A stretch of 64,000 bases of DNA from an uncultured bacterium (GTDB lineage Bacteria > UBP7 > UBA6624): NCBI GenBank assembly GCA_964507645.1, contig CAZDPU010000003.1:4274-68273 (forward strand), written 5' to 3'. The first letter of the stretch is position 1. Every line of letters begins with the position of its first letter. Shown here piece after piece: positions 8,701 through 18,681 of the stretch. The position numbers and the translations under genes are program-made. The notes beneath the pieces are model-generated. The model saw nothing but the letters and a program-made list of their open reading frames with translations, did no database searches and was not told the origin of the DNA.

Positions 8701-9925
8701 TCAGGGTTTTTTCATGCTTTTTCCACCAATGTTCGGGGAATTCCCACATTATTCCTGATTGTGAAAATTGAATCACTTTCTCTTTTGGATAGAAATATAT
8801 GTCAAGCTTTATCCCCTCTTCTTTCCAGCTGATGTTGATAGATTTTTTTTCTGTTAGTTTAGTTATGTCTGCTGGCTTTGTTTCTTCTGGCCAGGGTTCA
8901 TTAAAAAGTTTGACCCATGGGTTGTTAGCATTTTCATTTTCACTTACTAGGATTTTTAAATTATTTGGATCTGTGATTTCATACTTTTCCCAAGATTCAA
9001 TTTCAAGGAATTTTTTCCTATAAATAGATATGCTGGAACCTATTATTGATTCTGGATTCCAGTTTTCTTCCATATAAAAACCTCCAAAAGAGTCTCCCCA
9101 GGCAGCCCAGTAGTCTTCATAGGGGTTTATCATTATTTCCAAAGGAATCTTTTCTTCATATCTTTCTATAGATATTTTTATCGAAGGGTCGTCCAAAAAA
9201 TCTTTGTGGTTCAATTTCTCCCCTTCTGTCGTCAGTATTCTTTGGATCAAGTTTTTTACAGCCTTAGAGGAAACAGGCAAATCTTTACCGAGTTCACGCC
9301 ACTCTCTACCCTGTGTTCTCCTCAAGTCCCAAAGAACAATTTTCTCTAGCGTGTCAACATCTGAAATTTTAAAATCTTTTGTATTCACATGAACTGAAAT
9401 ACTTTTGATTTCTTGAGGCTTTATTTTTGTTAGCCTCTTGTCAACCCACTCTTCTTTTTCTCCTTTTACTGATTCGTAAAAGTTTAGGGGTATTAGGTGA
9501 ACAGCGTCTTCTCCATCGAATTTTAAATAAGATCTTTTTGAATCTTTGCTAATGCCAACAAAAAAAATCGATTCTTTAAAATCACCTCTTAAAGTTATCT
9601 TGAATTCATTTTCTCCGAACCCATATTCTTTTTGATTCTCAATAGCATCAAATGAGTCCAAGGGTTTTAAGTTGGTTAGGGATTTTAGAAGGGTGTTTAG
9701 TCTTGTTTTTTCAACATTATATCCATTTGGGAAATTCAAAACCCACTTTTCTCCAAAATTGACAAAATGAACCTCTTCGTCATTTGATTTTTTTTCAATT
9801 ATTAATTCATTTGGAGGAGTGTCATTTATCCATTTAAAGCTGTTTGTTTCAGGGTTTAAGAAAATTTTTGCAAGTACTCCTAAGGTTGCAAGCGTTAGCA
9901 AGACTAAAAATATTTTATTTTTCAT
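8693..9925 (-). CDS. DUF4340-like periplasmic protein (accessory to GldG-type ABC system)
   Basis: N-terminal signal/anchor. It sits immediately downstream of a GldG-like gene, which is the usual DUF4340 context. No catalytic motifs. Confidence 0.45.
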   Translation of the reverse strand: MKNKIFLVLLTLATLGVLAKIFLNPETNSFKWINDTPPNELIIEKKSNDEEVHFVNFGEKWVLNFPNGYNVEKTRLNTLLKSLTNLKPLDSFDAIENQKEYGFGENEFKITLRGDFKESIFFVGISKDSKRSYLKFDGEDAVHLIPLNFYESVKGEKEEWVDKRLTKIKPQEIKSISVHVNTKDFKISDVDTLEKIVLWDLRRTQGREWRELGKDLPVSSKAVKNLIQRILTTEGEKLNHKDFLDDPSIKISIERYEEKIPLEIMINPYEDYWAAWGDSFGGFYMEENWNPESIIGSSISIYRKKFLEIESWEKYEITDPNNLKILVSENENANNPWVKLFNEPWPEETKPADITKLTEKKSINISWKEEGIKLDIYFYPKEKVIQFSQSGIMWEFPEHWWKKHEKTLNE

Positions 9926-11355
9926 TTTCTTTTTCTTTTAACTTGAGTCACTATAGCTTGAGACAAGACTGCAAGGATTAATCCTAAATATAACATTATT
10001 ATTTTCAAAATTTCTTTATCATTTATGGAAATTGGATTCAAACCCCTGCTCTTCCTTGGTATATTTATTATTTTTTCTCTCTCTGAAAGCCAGTTAAACA
10101 AATTTAAAACAAGCTGGTTGCTTGCAGGAAGCATTTGTTGTGTTTGGTTATTTGTTATGTCAAAATCAGAAACAATGATTCTTTTTTGCATTGTTTCTAT
10201 GTTTTCTTGAGCTAGAGACATTAGGAATGGTCCAGAGGTTTCTGATGTATCTTTTTCATTATTCCCATTTGACTCCAACCATGTTTGTATTCCACTGTAG
10301 ATTAAATCTGAGTTGACCCAAGTTGACTTTTCGTAATTTATTGCTTTTGCTGTTGGAAAAAGAATAAATTCATCAATACCCCCTACTGCCTGATGGGATG
10401 TAATGCTGTTTGGAGATGCCAAAACTATCAAAGGATCCCAGTCTTCTCCGTAAGAATCATAGATATATTTTTGACTAAATGTCATTCCTTCAGATTCAAG
10501 CCATTTTGAAAGTAAATTTTCTCCAAAGTCTTCAAACATAATTAAAACATTTTTAAAATTAGAAACTTTTTCTATTTCTTCGCTGATGAGGTTTCCTGTT
10601 CCTCCAATAATTGCTAATATCTCACAGCCTTTTGTTTCTTGTGCATATAGTTCGATTGTTCTGATTTCATAAGCTCTGTTTAATAGAGAATTCTTAACCG
10701 TTGTCATTCCATTTTCACCATAAAGGCTTTTTTCTCCATGCCCCTCTACAAAGCATATTGTTTTTATATCCTTGTAAAAGCTATAAAAAGCATTTACCAA
10801 ACCTTCTTCATCATTTGTGTCGAGGATAATTCTTTTTTCGCCTTGAAGTAGGTATATTTGGTTTTTTCTTGCATTAAATTTTGAAGCCATGGAAGGCTCT
10901 CTGTCAGGATTTACGAATTTGTAGCTGATAAGGTTGTTTGTTTTTTTCACTTTTTCAAATATGTTTTCTAGCTTTGGTCTTTTTTCATCAGAATCTTCTA
11001 GAAATGCAAATATTTCAACCTCTTCATCAATACCTTTAGCCATCTCTATTGTTTCTTGCGAGATGGACCTAATATTGTTTCTAGTCATATCTAAAGATGT
11101 TGAATATATTTTTGATATTGTGAATATTCCCCCGAACAAGAAAAGAGTCAGGATCGTCGATGGAAGATGGTGGATGATTTTTGTTTTTTCTTTTGTTGAA
11201 TTATTTTTTATGATTAAGCCAAAAATCAATATTGAAAAGGAAGCAAAGAATTCAATATCTGTAAAGTTTTTTCCTTTAAGAAGGTAAATCAAGGAGGATA
11301 TTGATCCAATCGTTATGAAAATCGAGGAAATATTGTTTTTTTGGTTCATTTCCAC
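9922..11355 (-). CDS. GldG-like ABC-transport auxiliary component
   Basis: 477 aa with N- and C-terminal TM anchors flanking a large soluble domain. It is encoded after ABC-2 permease and ATPase genes, the GldA/F/G arrangement. Confidence 0.55.
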   Translation of the reverse strand: MEMNQKNNISSIFITIGSISSLIYLLKGKNFTDIEFFASFSILIFGLIIKNNSTKEKTKIIHHLPSTILTLFLFGGIFTISKIYSTSLDMTRNNIRSISQETIEMAKGIDEEVEIFAFLEDSDEKRPKLENIFEKVKKTNNLISYKFVNPDREPSMASKFNARKNQIYLLQGEKRIILDTNDEEGLVNAFYSFYKDIKTICFVEGHGEKSLYGENGMTTVKNSLLNRAYEIRTIELYAQETKGCEILAIIGGTGNLISEEIEKVSNFKNVLIMFEDFGENLLSKWLESEGMTFSQKYIYDSYGEDWDPLIVLASPNSITSHQAVGGIDEFILFPTAKAINYEKSTWVNSDLIYSGIQTWLESNGNNEKDTSETSGPFLMSLAQENIETMQKRIIVSDFDITNNQTQQMLPASNQLVLNLFNWLSEREKIINIPRKSRGLNPISINDKEILKIIMLYLGLILAVLSQAIVTQVKRKRK

Positions 11356-12092
11356 CCTCTTATTTCCATGCTTTTCTTTGTCATAAGAAACCAGAATATT
11401 CCAAAAAGAATGAAGAAAACAATATCTTCAGTATTTATAAAACCTTCAGAAAATCTGCTTAATTTTTCTTGAAAACCCAACTCTGAAAATCCTTTAAGGA
11501 TTAAGGAATCTGAGATATTTGTATTATTTAGAGAGCTAATAAACCAAAACGAAAGAAATACAGGGAATGAAACAACAAAAGCTGTTGTCAGATTTTCCGT
11601 TACTGAGGAGATGAATATGCCAATCCCTGAAAGAGCAAAAGAAAGAAGGAGCAATCCCAAAAGACCGCTTAGATAATGTCCATAGTCGATTACTCCAAAC
11701 TTACTTAGCCAAACAATTCCAATTGTGGGTAGAAAAAGTATTGAAAAAATCAATAATGTGGATGTTATCAACTTGCCCAGGATTATCTTTGAAGAGCTTA
11801 TTGGTTGTGAGAGTAGGAATTCCAATGTGTTTTCTTTTCTCTCTAGACATATTGTTGATATCGTTATGAATGGAGAAAACAAGATTCCAAGAAAGCAGCA
11901 GTCTAAAAGAAGGACAGTCATTGGGCCATCATTCCAGTCTCCTGGTGTTGAGAATGGATTTGAATAGCTTATCAAGTTCAATGTTAAAAAATAACCCTGG
12001 ACAAGCAGCAATCCTGCAACTGCAATCCAGATGCTTATGCCTTTGTTGTAACCATTAAGCTCTTTTTGAATTATTTTTTTAACTATTTGCAT
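11346..12092 (-). CDS. ABC-2 type permease (GldF-like)
   Basis: A 248-aa protein with six TM helices between the ATPase and the GldG-like gene; the genes overlap. Confidence 0.65.
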   Translation of the reverse strand: MQIVKKIIQKELNGYNKGISIWIAVAGLLLVQGYFLTLNLISYSNPFSTPGDWNDGPMTVLLLDCCFLGILFSPFITISTICLERKENTLEFLLSQPISSSKIILGKLITSTLLIFSILFLPTIGIVWLSKFGVIDYGHYLSGLLGLLLLSFALSGIGIFISSVTENLTTAFVVSFPVFLSFWFISSLNNTNISDSLILKGFSELGFQEKLSRFSEGFINTEDIVFFILFGIFWFLMTKKSMEIRGWK

Positions 12093-12792
12093 TTTCTTTT
12101 TTTGATTTTATGGTTTCCAAATAAATATTTCTGAGGTTTCTTTTTTCGATTTTTGAATCAAGCTTTATTGTTCCTTTATGAAGTATCAACGCTCTTGAGC
12201 ATAACTGTTGGATTATTTCAAGTCTATGACTTGAAATAACAAATGAAGTTCCCATTTTCGATATTTTTTTAATTGTCTTTTCAAAATTTACAATTTGTTC
12301 AGGGTCTAGCCCAGTTGTAGGTTCATCTAAGAAAACAACTTCTGGATCTCCAACCAAAGAAAGGGCAAATCCAACCCTTTGTCTAAATCCTCTTGAAAGA
12401 AACTTGTTTAACCTGTCTTTTACTTCTTCAATCTGGGTTAGCTTTATTATCCTTCTTGTTTCTTCTTTTGGGTTCTGGACCATATGGAGGTTTGTTGCTA
12501 AAGATATTTGTTCAAATGGGGTCATGTTTGAGTAAAGAGGAATTTTTTCAGGAAGATAACCGATATTCTTCTTTATAGTGTGGTCATATTCAGAGTATTC
12601 TTTTTGTTTGAAAAAGATATTTCCATCATCTGGAGGAAGAAGTCCGGAAAGTATTCTCAATGTCGTTGTTTTCCCTGCTCCGTTTGGTCCTAGAAAACCA
12701 ATGATGCTTCCTTTTGAAACGCTGAAGTTTAAACCTTTTAATACTGTTTTTCCTGAAAAACTTTTATTTAAATTTTCTACACGCAACAACAC
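12079..12792 (-). CDS. ABC transporter ATP-binding protein (GldA-like)
   Basis: GPNGAGKTTT, LSRGFRQR and VFLDEPTTGLD. Confidence 0.9.
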   Translation of the reverse strand: MLLRVENLNKSFSGKTVLKGLNFSVSKGSIIGFLGPNGAGKTTTLRILSGLLPPDDGNIFFKQKEYSEYDHTIKKNIGYLPEKIPLYSNMTPFEQISLATNLHMVQNPKEETRRIIKLTQIEEVKDRLNKFLSRGFRQRVGFALSLVGDPEVVFLDEPTTGLDPEQIVNFEKTIKKISKMGTSFVISSHRLEIIQQLCSRALILHKGTIKLDSKIEKRNLRNIYLETIKSKKENANS

Positions 12793-12853
12793 AACACCCC
12801 TATCTTAAAACTATTAGATATATTACTGATTAGAAATTAGAATATTCTCATTG

Positions 12854-13681
12854 ATGGTTACCGTTCCAAAAATTAAAAACTTTCCAAAAGGTGAAAAGAT
12901 TATTGCAGTTACTGCTTACGACAGGCCTTCAGCTATTTCCGCACAAAATGCAAAAGTAGATGTTGTTCTTGTTGGAGACTCTCTTTCAAATGTTGTTTTG
13001 GGTAACAAAAACACTACATCAATAGGGATAAAGGAAATAAGTTACCACCTTGAGGCTGTTTGTAAGTTCATAGATAAAAGTTTACTTGTTGCGGATTTGC
13101 CTTTTGGATCTTCTCAGGCTGGCTTGCAGATAGCTTCTCAGCATTCATGTGAATTGGTGAGAAAGGGAGCCAATGCAGTGAAAATCGAAGGAGGTAAGGA
13201 GGTTTGTAATTTAGTAGAGCATCTTACAAGCCATGGAATTCCTGTCATGTGCCATGTTGGGCTTACCCCACAGAAGGTAGAGCAATTTGGAGGATACAAG
13301 GTCCAAGGAAAAAGCTTGGAGAATTCTCAAAAAATATATGAAGAAGCAAAACTTTTAGAGTCTGCTGGAGCATTTTCGATAGTTCTTGAATGCATTCCTT
13401 CCCAGTTGGCAAAAAAAATAACGGAAGATTTGCATATCCCAACCATTGGGATAGGAAGTGGTTCATTTTGTCGTGGGCAAATTTTAGTTTTTCATGATCT
13501 TATTGGTTGGCAAAATGAAAATTTTAAATTTTTGAAAAATCCCTTTGGCAATGTTTCTAAAAATATACACGATGCAATAAGCTCTTTTTCAGATTCGGTA
13601 AAATCTGGAACATACCCATCTTTAGATGAGTCTTGGTCTCTGGATGAAGATGTTATTGAAGAAATAAAAAAATTTAAATAA
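12854..13681 (+). CDS. panB: 3-methyl-2-oxobutanoate hydroxymethyltransferase
   Basis: ITAYDRPSA...VVLVGDSLSNVVLG, VKIEGG and VMCHVGLTPQ. The start is ATG 12854 or TTG 12851. Confidence 0.92.
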   Translation: MVTVPKIKNFPKGEKIIAVTAYDRPSAISAQNAKVDVVLVGDSLSNVVLGNKNTTSIGIKEISYHLEAVCKFIDKSLLVADLPFGSSQAGLQIASQHSCELVRKGANAVKIEGGKEVCNLVEHLTSHGIPVMCHVGLTPQKVEQFGGYKVQGKSLENSQKIYEEAKLLESAGAFSIVLECIPSQLAKKITEDLHIPTIGIGSGSFCRGQILVFHDLIGWQNENFKFLKNPFGNVSKNIHDAISSFSDSVKSGTYPSLDESWSLDEDVIEEIKKFK

Positions 13682-14457
13682 TGAAAAAAAGAGTTCTGGT
13701 CCCAACAATGGGCGCACTTCATCAGGGCCATGGTGCTTTGATAAAAAAAGCTTCAACCCTTGGGGATCCAATTGTTTCAATATTTGTAAACCCAACACAA
13801 TTTGGACCAACGGAAGATTTTGAAAAATACCCAAGAAGCGCTGAGAGGGATTTGGATTATGCTTTAAAGTGTGGTGCGAAGGAGGTCTTATTTCCAAAAG
13901 TAAGTGAAATTTATCCAAGTGGACCTGTTGCAACAGAAGATTCTGGATTTCTTGGTTCTATACTTGAGGGGGCCCATAGGCCAGGGTTTTTTAATGGGGT
14001 TGTTACTGTTGTAAAAAAATTATTTGAAACAATTGTTTCGGACATCGCTATTTTTGGGGAGAAAGATTGGCAGCAGCTTATCCTAGTTAAGGATTTGTCG
14101 AAAAGAATTAACGGGCCGTCTATAGTTAGCGTAAGCACTGTAAGAGATGAAAATGGCCTAGCCCTCTCTTCTAGGAACGCATATCTCTCCGATGAGGATT
14201 ATGAAAAAGCACTTTATGTATCAAAAGCACTAGAAAAAGTTGAATCTTTTTGGAAGGATGGCTTAAGGGATAAGAAAGAGTTAGAAACCGTTGGTATTGA
14301 CTTTTTATCAAAAAAAGTTAGTAAAATTGACTATTTAGAAGTGAGGCCGAAAAAATTACTACCGGAATTGAAAGTTTTGAACCAGGAATCTAGGGTTTTG
14401 ACAGCAGTTTGGATCAAAGAAACAAGGCTTATAGACAATAAGGGTTTATCCTTATGA
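13681..14457 (+). CDS. panC: Pantoate--beta-alanine ligase
   Basis: VPTMGALHQGHGALI, SIFVNPTQF and FGEKDWQQ. Confidence 0.92.
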   Translation: MKKRVLVPTMGALHQGHGALIKKASTLGDPIVSIFVNPTQFGPTEDFEKYPRSAERDLDYALKCGAKEVLFPKVSEIYPSGPVATEDSGFLGSILEGAHRPGFFNGVVTVVKKLFETIVSDIAIFGEKDWQQLILVKDLSKRINGPSIVSVSTVRDENGLALSSRNAYLSDEDYEKALYVSKALEKVESFWKDGLRDKKELETVGIDFLSKKVSKIDYLEVRPKKLLPELKVLNQESRVLTAVWIKETRLIDNKGLSL

Positions 14458-14825
14458 AAGAGATGCTTAATTGCAAGATCCATGGAGGAACCGTTACAGC
14501 TTCTGATATTGACTATGAAGGCTCTTGTGGATTGGGTCCAGATTTGTTAAGAGCATCGGGACTTTTGCCTTTTGAAAAAATTTCAGTTCTTAATGTTTCT
14601 AATGGAAATAGAGTTGAAACTTATGTAATCAAAGAGACAAAGGACAGGGAGATTACCTTGAATGGAGCTGCTGCTCATTTTTTCAAGGAAGGAGACAAGG
14701 TAATAATTCTTAATTGGAAAATCTGTCGTGAAAGCTGCATAAAAGAACATAAGGCAAAAGTGATCATTCTTGATGATGACAATTTGATAAAAAAGAAAAT
14801 GGTAAAGGTGGTGGGAGATGAATAA
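14454..14825 (+). CDS. panD: Aspartate 1-decarboxylase
   Basis: KIHGGTVTASDIDYEGSCGL (self-processing G-S site) and ETYVI. Confidence 0.9.
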   Translation: MKEMLNCKIHGGTVTASDIDYEGSCGLGPDLLRASGLLPFEKISVLNVSNGNRVETYVIKETKDREITLNGAAAHFFKEGDKVIILNWKICRESCIKEHKAKVIILDDDNLIKKKMVKVVGDE

Positions 14826-15798
14826 GTTCTATGATTTTGGAAAGAAGGTTTTGCTAGATGAGGCAAAAGCGCTTGTTGCTGCTTCTGAAAATTTTGATAA
14901 AAATTTTGATATTGCAGTAAATTTAATCAGGAAGTGTTCTGGGAATTGTGTTGTTTCTGGGATAGGTAAATCAGGGCTTGTTGGCAGAAAAATATCTTCA
15001 ACTCTTGCAAGTTTAGGAACCCCGAGTGTTTTTTTACATTCAGGAGAAGCATTACATGGCGATTTAGGTTTAATTTCAAAAAAAGATGTAGCTTTATTGA
15101 TTTCTAACTCAGGAAATACAACTGAGGTTTTAGGTCTTATTCCTTCTTTAAAAATGAAGAAAATTCCAATTATTGCACTCACTGCAAATTTAGATTCAGT
15201 ACTTGCAAAAGAGTCAGACGCAGTTCTTAATTCTTTTGTTGCACGTGAGGCAGATGAGCATAACCTTGCTCCAACTTCTTCAACAACTGTAATGATGGCA
15301 ATAGGAGATGCTTTGGCGGTTTCTTTAGCTAAAGAAAAAGACTTTACCCCTTCTGATTTTGCTATGTATCATCCTGGGGGATCTCTTGGAAACTCCTTAT
15401 CGAAAGTTTCTCAATGGATGACAAAGGACAACATTCCCAAAGTCAATCCAAAAGATTCATTGAGGTCGTGTGTTATAAAGATGTCAAGTGGAAGACTTGG
15501 TGCTGTTGTCCTTGTTGAAGAAAGTCAAATTAAAGGCATTTTTACAGATGGGGATTTAAGAAGGCTTTTTGAAAACAGAGAGTCTTTTGATACTCTTTTG
15601 GATGAAAAGATAGTAAATGTTGCTAACAAGAATCCAAAAACCTTAAATCAAGATGATTTAGCAAGTTTTGCTATAGGCAAGATGGAGGCTAATGCAATTA
15701 CTGTAATGCCGGTTGTTAATAATAAAAATAATCTAGTCGGAATAATTCATTTACACAATCTTGTTCAGGCTGGAACTGGAGTGGTTAATGAAAAATAA
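14818..15798 (+). CDS. kpsF: Arabinose-5-phosphate isomerase (KpsF/GutQ family, SIS + CBS pair)
   Basis: VVSGIGKSGLVGRKISSTLASLGTPS and ISNSGNTTE form the SIS domain. The C-terminus has tandem CBS motifs (GIFTDGDLRR). Confidence 0.88.
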   Translation: MNKFYDFGKKVLLDEAKALVAASENFDKNFDIAVNLIRKCSGNCVVSGIGKSGLVGRKISSTLASLGTPSVFLHSGEALHGDLGLISKKDVALLISNSGNTTEVLGLIPSLKMKKIPIIALTANLDSVLAKESDAVLNSFVAREADEHNLAPTSSTTVMMAIGDALAVSLAKEKDFTPSDFAMYHPGGSLGNSLSKVSQWMTKDNIPKVNPKDSLRSCVIKMSSGRLGAVVLVEESQIKGIFTDGDLRRLFENRESFDTLLDEKIVNVANKNPKTLNQDDLASFAIGKMEANAITVMPVVNNKNNLVGIIHLHNLVQAGTGVVNEK

Positions 15799-17140
15799 AT
15801 TAAAAGTTGTAGGAAAAGAATCATGGAAGACGATGGCTTCTGACGTTAGAGACAGTTTGTCAAAAAGTATTTTGGTCGATGGGTACCATCTCGTTTTAGA
15901 TTTAGAGAAAAGCAAGGGTTCTGTTCTTGTTGATGCATCAGATGGGAAAGAGTACATTGATCTTTTTAGCATGTTTGCTAGTCAGCCAATAGGAATAAAT
16001 CACAAAGAGTTGTTAGAAGAGGATTTTCTATTGAAGTTGGGACTTGTAGCTTCCCATAAGCCTGTTAATTCAGATGTCTATACACAGCCATACGCTGATT
16101 TTGTTAATGTAATGTCAAGGATAGTGACGCAAGATTATCCACATCTCTTCTTTATAGAAGGAGGATCCTTGGCAGTAGAAAATGCTCTAAAAGTTGCTTT
16201 TGATTGGAAGATGAGAAAAAACTTAGAAATGGAAGTTGATATTGATGAAAATCTTCTTTCAATTGCTCACTTGGAAAAGGCTTTTCATGGCAGGTCTGGT
16301 TATACATTAAGTTTGACAAATACTGCAGATCCTAAGAAAACAATGTACTTTCCTAAGTTTGATTGGCCAAGATTGCCCTCCCCTTACAGAAGCTTTCCTG
16401 AAACTGAAGATTCTGCTTCATCTCTTAAGGAACAAGAGGATGATTTTTTATCTAAGCTAAAAGCTTTTGAAGAAGAGAAACCAAACCAAATGGCTGCGGT
16501 TTTAATGGAGACTATACAGGGTGAAGGTGGGGATAATCATTTCAGGAATGATTTTTTACAAAGAGTAAGAGATTGGTGTGATGATAATGATGTTTTACTG
16601 ATATTTGATGAAGTTCAATGCGGAATGGGTATAACTGGAAATTGGTGGGCTTGGGAAAAAACAGACATAAAACCGGATGTTTTTTGTTTTGGAAAAAAGT
16701 CTCAGGTTTGTGGAATAGCGGCTAGCAATCGTATAGATGATGTTGATAATTGTTTTAAGGTGAGCAGCAGGATTAATTCAACTTGGGGAGGAAATTTGGT
16801 TGACATGGTCAGAGTTACAAAGTATATTGAAATAATCGAAAGGGAAAAACTTCTTGAAAATTGCAGAAGCGTCGGAGGTTTTCTGATCGAAGAGCTAAAA
16901 AAAATATCTGATGATTTTGATGGATTGGTAACAAATGTTCGAGGTTCGGGACTGATGTGCGCTTTCGATTTGCCAGATGGGGAAACAAGAGATAAGGTAA
17001 GAGGCTATCTTGTTGAAGAAGGTGTTTTGATCTTAGGTTGTGGAGACAAGTCTTTGAGGTTTAGGCCAGTTTTAGATATATCCATGGATGTTATTTCTAA
17101 AGCTTTAACCTTAATTAGAAAAGCCTTGAAAAAAGTGTGA
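15788..17140 (+). CDS. lat: L-lysine 6-transaminase (class-III aminotransferase)
   Basis: GYHLVLDLEKSKGSVLVDASDGKEYIDLFSMFASQPIGINH, KPVNSDVYT, FFIEGGSLAVENALKVAFDWK and FDEVQCGMG. The start ATG at 15788 lies inside the kpsF 3' end. The ORF track starts at 15761. Confidence 0.82.
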   Translation: MKNKLKVVGKESWKTMASDVRDSLSKSILVDGYHLVLDLEKSKGSVLVDASDGKEYIDLFSMFASQPIGINHKELLEEDFLLKLGLVASHKPVNSDVYTQPYADFVNVMSRIVTQDYPHLFFIEGGSLAVENALKVAFDWKMRKNLEMEVDIDENLLSIAHLEKAFHGRSGYTLSLTNTADPKKTMYFPKFDWPRLPSPYRSFPETEDSASSLKEQEDDFLSKLKAFEEEKPNQMAAVLMETIQGEGGDNHFRNDFLQRVRDWCDDNDVLLIFDEVQCGMGITGNWWAWEKTDIKPDVFCFGKKSQVCGIAASNRIDDVDNCFKVSSRINSTWGGNLVDMVRVTKYIEIIEREKLLENCRSVGGFLIEELKKISDDFDGLVTNVRGSGLMCAFDLPDGETRDKVRGYLVEEGVLILGCGDKSLRFRPVLDISMDVISKALTLIRKALKKV

Positions 17141-17685
17141 TTTTTCGTATTTTCTTATTTTTTTATATAGTTTTTTCTTTTAACTCTTGTTTGGATTTTT
17201 CCTTCCCGGTTCATCCCGAAAAATCAAAAAATATAAATTTTTCACAAGTAAAGGAAGAATGCAATCTTGTTAAATTTAATTATTCCGATGAATCTTTTTT
17301 GCCTGAATTCATAGACTGTATTTTTTCTGCTTATAGCTACAGGGGAGACTATTCTGATGAGATTACTTTTTTTCTTGACGAGAATGTTGGATTGCAAGGA
17401 ACCCCTTCTTTGATAAAAGCTGATTATGGAAAAAGGTTAAATTTTTACAGAGAATTAAAAACAAAGGAGAAAATTGTAATTGTTGATGACAGTTTTGAAA
17501 TTTATCATTTTTCTTCTGTCGAAGACTTGAATTTTGCAAATTCTCAATTAATGAAATGGGAGAGCTTAAACGGAATCTTCATTCCCCTAAAGGTTTTTGA
17601 TGAGCAAAAAAGGATTTTACTGATTGGAAGAAATAAAGATCCAGCGCATATATCTAAGAACATCAAAGACTTAATCAAAGATTAA
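17137..17685 (+). CDS. Hypothetical lipoprotein
   Basis: Hydrophobic N-terminus ending in a lipobox-like FSFNSC. No recognisable domains. Confidence 0.4.
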   Translation: MIFRIFLFFYIVFSFNSCLDFSFPVHPEKSKNINFSQVKEECNLVKFNYSDESFLPEFIDCIFSAYSYRGDYSDEITFFLDENVGLQGTPSLIKADYGKRLNFYRELKTKEKIVIVDDSFEIYHFSSVEDLNFANSQLMKWESLNGIFIPLKVFDEQKRILLIGRNKDPAHISKNIKDLIKD

Positions 17686-18681
17686 CTCAGAGATTTTTTT
17701 TGAATTCCCCAAGCCTTCTTTGAGGGGGTTTTTTTCTGAATCCAAATTTTTCATAGCTTTTAAAAGAAGTGAAGCATCACTGCTTTCATCAATGATTTTT
17801 GAAGGGTAGTTCCTTGAGTGTTCTTTCGCATTTTCCATTTGGTGTCCATCTACTCCTTTTAACGGAATGATTATTGATTTCTTGCCCAATGCTTTAATTT
17901 CAGCAAGTGTGCATGCTCCAGCTCTGGAAAAAACAACATCAGAAGCACTTATCCATGTGTCTAATTTTTCAGTATATTCTTCAACTGCATGTAATATTTT
18001 TTTACCTTCAAGAGATTTTTTTATTTTTTTTGCACCTTTTCCACATTGCCAAAATATGAATAAATTTGAAAATTCTTTTTTCATCCCTTCTAAAGACTTC
18101 AATATTAATTTATTTAATTTTTCTGAACCTTGGCTTCCCCCTGTGATGGCTACAACAAAAAAATTACTATTTAAATCAAGGTCTTCCCTGGATTTTTCTT
18201 TTGTTACCTTCTCGTATTTTCTATAAACAGGAATGCCCACAGGTATTGATTTTTTTCCAAAATAATTCTTTAGATTTTTTTGACATATTACCTTTTCTGA
18301 AAACTTGTAAAGAATCCTGTTTGCCCAACCAGGTTTTGCATTAGGTTCTATTAATATGATTTTTTTATTCATTATTTTTGAAGCAATTACTCCTGGAAAA
18401 CTTGCATATCCTCCAGTTCCTATAACCAAGCTAGGTTGAAATTTTTTAATTATTTGTAAAGTTTTGAAAATTGCTTTTAAGTGTAGTGCCATGCTTCGAA
18501 GATTTCTGCCTGAAATTAAATTTTGATCGAAATGATTTATGTTTTTTTTGTTCAAGATTTTTAAATCTATTCTGTTTGTTCCAAGCCATAGCAAGTCATG
18601 CTCTATATTTTCAAGTAGTGCAAGTGCTGGTGTGACATGCCCTATTGTCCCCCCTCCGCAAACAAGTACTTTAATTTTCAT
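17671..18681 (-). CDS. murG: UDP-N-acetylglucosamine--N-acetylmuramyl-(pentapeptide) pyrophosphoryl-undecaprenol GlcNAc transferase
   Basis: KVLVCGGGTIGHVTPALAL, GTGGYASFP, ITGGSQGS and SRAGACTLAE. Confidence 0.9.
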   Translation of the reverse strand: MKIKVLVCGGGTIGHVTPALALLENIEHDLLWLGTNRIDLKILNKKNINHFDQNLISGRNLRSMALHLKAIFKTLQIIKKFQPSLVIGTGGYASFPGVIASKIMNKKIILIEPNAKPGWANRILYKFSEKVICQKNLKNYFGKKSIPVGIPVYRKYEKVTKEKSREDLDLNSNFFVVAITGGSQGSEKLNKLILKSLEGMKKEFSNLFIFWQCGKGAKKIKKSLEGKKILHAVEEYTEKLDTWISASDVVFSRAGACTLAEIKALGKKSIIIPLKGVDGHQMENAKEHSRNYPSKIIDESSDASLLLKAMKNLDSEKNPLKEGLGNSKKISELIFD

